Below are positions 59,231-64,000 of a stretch of 64,000 bases of DNA, piece by piece. The stretch spans positions 32,001 through 96,000 of IMG/VR virus record IMGVR_UViG_3300014057_000005, one strand, 5' to 3'. Source of the stretch: a virus. Taxonomy: Duplodnaviria > Caudoviricetes. Numbering within the stretch: the stretch's first letter is position 1; each line of letters begins with the position of its first letter. Below the pieces are notes generated by a model, which saw only the letters and a list, made by a program, of their open reading frames with translations, made no database searches and had not been told where the DNA came from. A program made the translations under genes and the position numbers.

Positions 59231-59903
59231 TCATCCCCACTGGTCAGCCATAGCTTTGGCAATCCCTGTGAATGTTTTACTACGGTGTTTCGCGTCTTTT
59301 TCTTTCCCGTAGACAACTCCCTGAGCCGCCTGTTTTTTCCAAATCTCAGCGTTTCCGCATACATATGGATGCCGCAACTCGCATATTTCCGTTGGCACTA
59401 ATGGATCTAACCCTTTAAGCCAGAGGCACGTTTTCTTTGTGTAAGGATGCCCAAACATATACGGCTGTATAATTTGCGTATATTTCGGGAGAACAAACAA
59501 GCTTGAGGGGACTGGGTTTTCAACAGCTATACGTTCACAATCTGCCTTAAGGATATCCATGAACAAATCTCTGCCAAGGATCCCGCTCTTTACCCTCTTT
59601 ATGTTCACCATCTGGAAATCGCCATCCTTCTGGTTTCTAAACAGCCTCGCTGCACCTGCATTCGATAAGTATGTGCATGGCGGGTGCCCAATGATTAAAT
59701 CCCATTTCCCAATGTCGTGCTGTTCGCCATCCATTGTCGTTACGCACCCCCCCCCCGAGAACTGGGACGCAATCTCCTAATATATGCCATTCGGGATGCC
59801 CACCTGATGGTTCAATCACATCGCAAGAATACGCTTCGTGCCCCTTTTCTCTAAACGCGATACAGACTCTTTGCGACTCTTCGCATGCAACTAGTACTTT
59901 TAT
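59231..59903 (-). CDS. Phage-type C5 DNA cytosine methyltransferase, frameshifted at G10 (59747-59756), probable ATA start
   Basis: KVLVACEES, YSCD, HPPCTYL, VENP, KKTCLW, RSKTF.GIA.AMADQWG; G9 fuses the frames. Confidence 0.8.
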
Positions 59904-60550
59904 TTAGACACACCCCCTCGTTTTTCTCCGTATGAGCAATAGTCGCCAGCGCTCAAATAAACCGCACTATCGGCAAACCGGCTACAATGCCCGTCAGGCA
60001 TCCTGTATTTGCATTCCCAACAATGCACGATTTTCATTTCCTCAACAGTGCGCCGAATCACTTTCGTGAACCTATGGCAGCAGTGTTTTTCCGGGTCGTA
60101 CTCCTTGCAATCAGTACACCATTCGAATTCTTCCTGCTCGGAGACAGGCAAGCGCTCAACCCTCTGGCGGATATCATCGATCACCCACCTATCCGAATCC
60201 AACGGTCGATTGACAAATGCCGCCCACAGTTCATCCAATACTGCCTGCTTAAAGTCCAGAATACCCATCCGGCCTCCTCCTTGCGCGGCTACAGAAGTCG
60301 TCGTCCCTCGGCCATTGCCGACCTGAAATAATATCGCGAAATCCGCACATACTTGTGTCTCTGTTCGCGCAATCAACGCACCGTATAATATCAGTTTGCA
60401 CGATATTGCACTTTCGCTCCTCCGCCTCTATTTCGCGAAAGTTGAACCACACTAATTTCATACCAGCCCAGGCGTTCCTGATTATTTCCATCTGTTCTGC
60501 TGTTACTGGTATCTGAATTTCAATACCCTCCATATTCTTCTCCATATTCC

Positions 60551-61198
60551 CTATTCAATATTGGCGATGGTTTCCACGAAACAGTTGTAGTAGATGTACC
60601 GCTCCCCTCAAAGTCAAATTTGACGTAGCCGCCATCGTTCTGATCAATGTCAATTTTCCCGGTGTACGTTGCGATAATGTCTCTGTTGGCAAGGAAGGTT
60701 TTACTTAAACCCCTCGCAGCAATGAGCAAAAAGTTGGTAGCCCAATTCATGAAAAATAACAGCAGCTTCTGAGACAGGCGCAGGTTTAGATTCATGTAAT
60801 CCTTCGCAAACCGATGCGGATTCGCACGATAGAACGCACACGCTCTTGAAACTGCGGTTCGTTTCTTTTCAAGCCGCTGTTGTTTCTTATTTAACGGGGT
60901 ATTTGAATAGTCGGGCATTCTTACACCCCCTAGTCATTATCGCCAAAAAGAGAAGTGTATACATTAATCGTGCGTTCTATACCATTCGAAAGGCTGCTTC
61001 GCTCGTCAATAACCTCGCGTCTGCCAACCGCCGTGCAGTTGTAGTAAAATAATTCCCCAACCAATACAAGCACGATAATCACGCAGCCGACTACTATTGG
61101 AAGCGCTTTACGCTCTGTTATGATGGAAGCAAGCAAAACTCCGAGAAACACCGACACAGAGAAAATGAAGAATGTGCCCAATCCTGAAATAGTCATTT
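60551..61198 (-). pseudogene. Membrane protein gene disrupted by a 263-bp terminase-derived insertion and a 1-nt frameshift
   Basis: Removing 60691-60953 gives INVYT|ANRDIIATYTGKIDI; RYIYYNCFVE lies in a shifted frame. Confidence 0.65.
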
Positions 61199-61411
61199 CT
61201 TTTCCGCCACCTCGTCTTGTTTGGGTTTGCAGAATGGGCACTCCCCATTCCGATAGCCAGCCTCTATAAGAATCCGGCATTTCCGCCTGTCTGACCTCGC
61301 AAAACAAGGTCTTTCATCATTGCAATCCGACGATAAAACGTCTAACATTGTCCCCTCCATTTCAGTTCAATCTGAAGTATGGTTTATATCAAACTTATTT
61401 AAGGCAGCGGG

Positions 61412-61819
61412 TTAGTCCACTTTCATCCAACAGCCGTCTTTCAGCTGATACACGCCATCAATAAGCAAGGACGCTTTAGCTCCGCCAATCTGACGCTGAC
61501 CATTGTTTCCAGCGCCTCCACTGATTTCCATTTCCTTCACAACTTCCCAGATCGCAGGCCATTTTTGCCCTCTTCCGTTGTCCCTGTCCCTATCCGCAAA
61601 AACAGACCCGTTATAATCAAAAGGCCAGTGTTTTGTGGACTCTACGAGATCCGACTTGCAGTTAATCGCCACAGTATCAATGTCGTACTTTTGGCAACAA
61701 TCAAGGAATTTTGCCGTAAATCTCTTCGCCTCATCAAGGGTTTCCGCCAACGCGTCAATCCGTCTCTTAAGCGTCTCCATATCATCACGCAGTTTTTTAA
61801 CCTTAGCGTCAAAATTCAT
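61412..61819 (-). CDS. Hypothetical protein
   Basis: AAGGAG RBS, ATGA overlap. Confidence 0.6.
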   Translation of the reverse strand: MNFDAKVKKLRDDMETLKRRIDALAETLDEAKRFTAKFLDCCQKYDIDTVAINCKSDLVESTKHWPFDYNGSVFADRDRDNGRGQKWPAIWEVVKEMEISGGAGNNGQRQIGGAKASLLIDGVYQLKDGCWMKVD

Positions 61820-62467
61820 TTCCGTACTCCTTTCGTTTCAAGGTCTCGCATCCATTTTTCCGCAAGCTCGTCGCCAATCTCGTCTGCCCTCGCTCCGGTT
61901 TCCGCGATGGCAAAAACAAACATCACAAGGGCTATGGTGATGACAAACAACACCAGAAGTATGAGTAGCATCATTACGCACCCTCCTCCACAACGATATC
62001 GGAGAATAAGCACGGGATCTTTCCCGGAACTTCCAACATGTGACGCGTGATCGCGTTATCGCGATAGGTACTAAGCAGCACCCACAGAGCATCTTCCTTC
62101 GTTACCTCGTGAAAATTTTCCTCGTCCGCACGACGCTTCATGTATCGCATCCTTTTCTCCTCTGGCTTAAAGCTTAGATAATTTTTCCATATTGTAGGTG
62201 CTTCGAATATGATCGATGATTTCACGCATCCTCATTTCAACAAACTGATCTCCGCGAATTTCCGGGTGAATAACTATCCGACAGCTGCCATGTGCCCCAA
62301 ATCGCTTGAAATCTTGCAGGTTAAAGTTGACCATTACAAGCGGAACCCTTGTATAGTTCCGCGTCAGAATCCGATCCAGAATCATATTGTTCTCCTTTCC
62401 GTCTGGCGACTATTGTATTTTCTTCCCAACTATTTAGCGGTTTCAGGAACCGCCTTCGACTATAAGG

Positions 62468-62519
62468 ATTATAACGCACTCACACTGTATTGTCAATACC
62501 TACATGGACTATTGTTTTC
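62468..62519 (-). promoter_or_regulatory. Promoter TTGACA-17-TATAAT with upstream AAAACAATAGTCC motif
   Basis: -35 at 62491-62496, -10 at 62468-62473, motif starts at 62506. Confidence 0.85.
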
Positions 62520-62963
62520 TTATAATCTAGCATCAGCACGAAGCGGTTTTTTCCGAAGCTTTCTCCCGTTCTCCTTGCGAATCTTTTCCAGAATCGCCAT
62601 CGGATCCGTCTTTGTCATCAGTCTGGCTGCGCCATCCATAAACTTTTCCACCTCAGGGATTACGTCTTCCGGTTTGCGCTTGGTGTGGGGATTCCTTTTC
62701 CCGCGCATTGCCGTTCTATAATCTTCTGCGGCAGCGATAACAACCGCGTTCGCCAGCTCTTGCCACGGATCTATAGGCTCAAGGCTGATTTCATTATCAT
62801 CAAGTCTCAAGAATTTCGCTCTCTTAGAAGTCATATCTTCTCTCCTCTTCTGGCGTTGTTGTTTAATGCGGTCTCGTATTCTTTCACTCGTGGACGACGA
62901 AGAACCCGTTCGCCTTCCACTCCCAGAAAGCGCCTCCGCAATAAACTCTTCTTTCGTTCTCAT
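62520..62963 (-). CDS. Hypothetical protein
   Basis: PWQELANAVVIAAAEDYR motif. Confidence 0.6.
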   Translation of the reverse strand: MRTKEEFIAEALSGSGRRTGSSSSTSERIRDRIKQQRQKRREDMTSKRAKFLRLDDNEISLEPIDPWQELANAVVIAAAEDYRTAMRGKRNPHTKRKPEDVIPEVEKFMDGAARLMTKTDPMAILEKIRKENGRKLRKKPLRADARL

Positions 62964-62992
62964 CCTTTACACCCCTAGTCAATCGTATTTTA

Positions 62993-63349
62993 CTAAAACG
63001 TGACTGGTTCCTCTCCAAACTGTTCGCGCACCCTAGCCTCTTCAATCAGCTCAATGAAACGATTTTCCGTGCGGATAAACTCAGGATTTGCACACTTTTC
63101 TAGAATCTTCGGCATAAGTTCCTCGGTCAAAGCTTTCGCATCCTTCAGCCTCGAAGCGGAACAGACCGCCATACCGCACGATGGCAGAATCACTTCGTAG
63201 TCATACGTTCTGGTCTTGCTGTTATGCGCTTTATAATAGTACATCAGGAAGCCATCCTTGGTTTCGAACTTTCCACCCTCGGTCTTGACCGCTACCTGTC
63301 TCCCAACAGCCCTCGAATAAATCCAACGATAAAAACTACATTTGCTCAT
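62993..63349 (-). CDS. Hypothetical protein
   Basis: GGAGG RBS. Confidence 0.55.
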   Translation of the reverse strand: MSKCSFYRWIYSRAVGRQVAVKTEGGKFETKDGFLMYYYKAHNSKTRTYDYEVILPSCGMAVCSASRLKDAKALTEELMPKILEKCANPEFIRTENRFIELIEEARVREQFGEEPVTF

Positions 63350-63456
63350 ATCATTCTTCCTCCATTTCCATGTTTAATCCCTCAGCCTCGTTGCCGCTGT
63401 TCACAACCAACGCCTTCTTATGCTCGATTGCCCTGTTGCAATCCATAATTTTCCCG

Positions 63457-63900
63457 TTACCTCCACTCTGTCCAGAAGCATCCTTTGCCAAATCCGCAAT
63501 GCCTACTCTCGCCAGTCCAAGGATTAACCTGCACCGTATAGCCATTCGGGCTTTCCGGGGCAACCGCATATTCAAGAACACCCGACGGATGGAAATGCGG
63601 GTATTTTTCCTCGATGCGTCTCACATCGTACCCGCAATCCTCAAGGTGTTTTCCGAGCGCCGTTCCGCGAAGCTTCAGAAGTTCCCGCTCACGAAAGATT
63701 CTGTCGGCATCAAGGCAGTTGCTAAACCGAGTTGTATGGACGTGGAACATATGTGACAGACCCTTCAGAATTCTCTCGTTCTGTCTGTCGCGAACCAGCT
63801 TTTTGATCTCGCTCTGGTTTTCCGCGATGACAATAGTATAATAACCCCACTGCGTTCCACCTTTTTTCTCGTCCCAACACACATAATAAGTTTTCAGCAC
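63457..63900 (-). CDS. Hypothetical protein
   Basis: GGGGG RBS before GTG. Confidence 0.5.
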   Translation of the reverse strand: MLKTYYVCWDEKKGGTQWGYYTIVIAENQSEIKKLVRDRQNERILKGLSHMFHVHTTRFSNCLDADRIFRERELLKLRGTALGKHLEDCGYDVRRIEEKYPHFHPSGVLEYAVAPESPNGYTVQVNPWTGESRHCGFGKGCFWTEWR

Positions 63901-64000
63901 TTCTTATCCCCCCATCGTATATACATGAACAACTGTTCTGTCTTTGAGTTTCAGTGTCGCGGTATACTCGACCGCCTCATAGTTGTCATTCACCGTCTGG

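Noticed and set aside
1-64000. Stop-codon reassignment
   Set aside because: Long genes are intact under the standard bacterial code and end in all three stop codons; the breaks are explained by introns or frameshifts; no suppressor tRNA was seen.

Overview
A 64 kb segment of a large temperate siphovirus of Bacillota, organised like SPbeta; the host is probably Clostridia/Lachnospiraceae (inferred from a Bacillota LexA box and an attP core resembling the 5' end of ychF). Positions 1-22.2 kb (+ strand) hold the late tail and lysis module: tape-measure C-terminus, Dit, Tal-like protein, a 2048-aa repeat-rich host-specificity fibre, a DUF859-like fibre, accessory adhesins, holins and a GH25+CHAP endolysin. 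An apparently intact attP with integrase and excisionase follows at 22.2-24.1 kb. From there everything is on the minus strand: an RNA island (two structured ncRNA candidates, tRNA-Gln, an atypical tRNA, a helical protein, Pnk-HD and an RNA ligase); nucleotide metabolism (dut, thyX-like, nrdG, and an nrdD split by two sister group I introns and a Pro1 mini-intein); a replisome (DnaE, primase, helicase, SSB, Sak3-like) behind a LexA-box promoter; an MrpR/YopR-like repressor with a recurring promoter-linked motif; and about 15 kb of small accessory genes. The strongest novelty candidates are (i) three unrelated candidate DNA-modification genes, each broken at a poly-G tract and two starting with ATA, suggesting phase-variable genome modification; (ii) the ncRNA/tRNA/RNA-repair island; and (iii) the triply interrupted nrdD. 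All family assignments come from motif recognition by eye, not from database searches.
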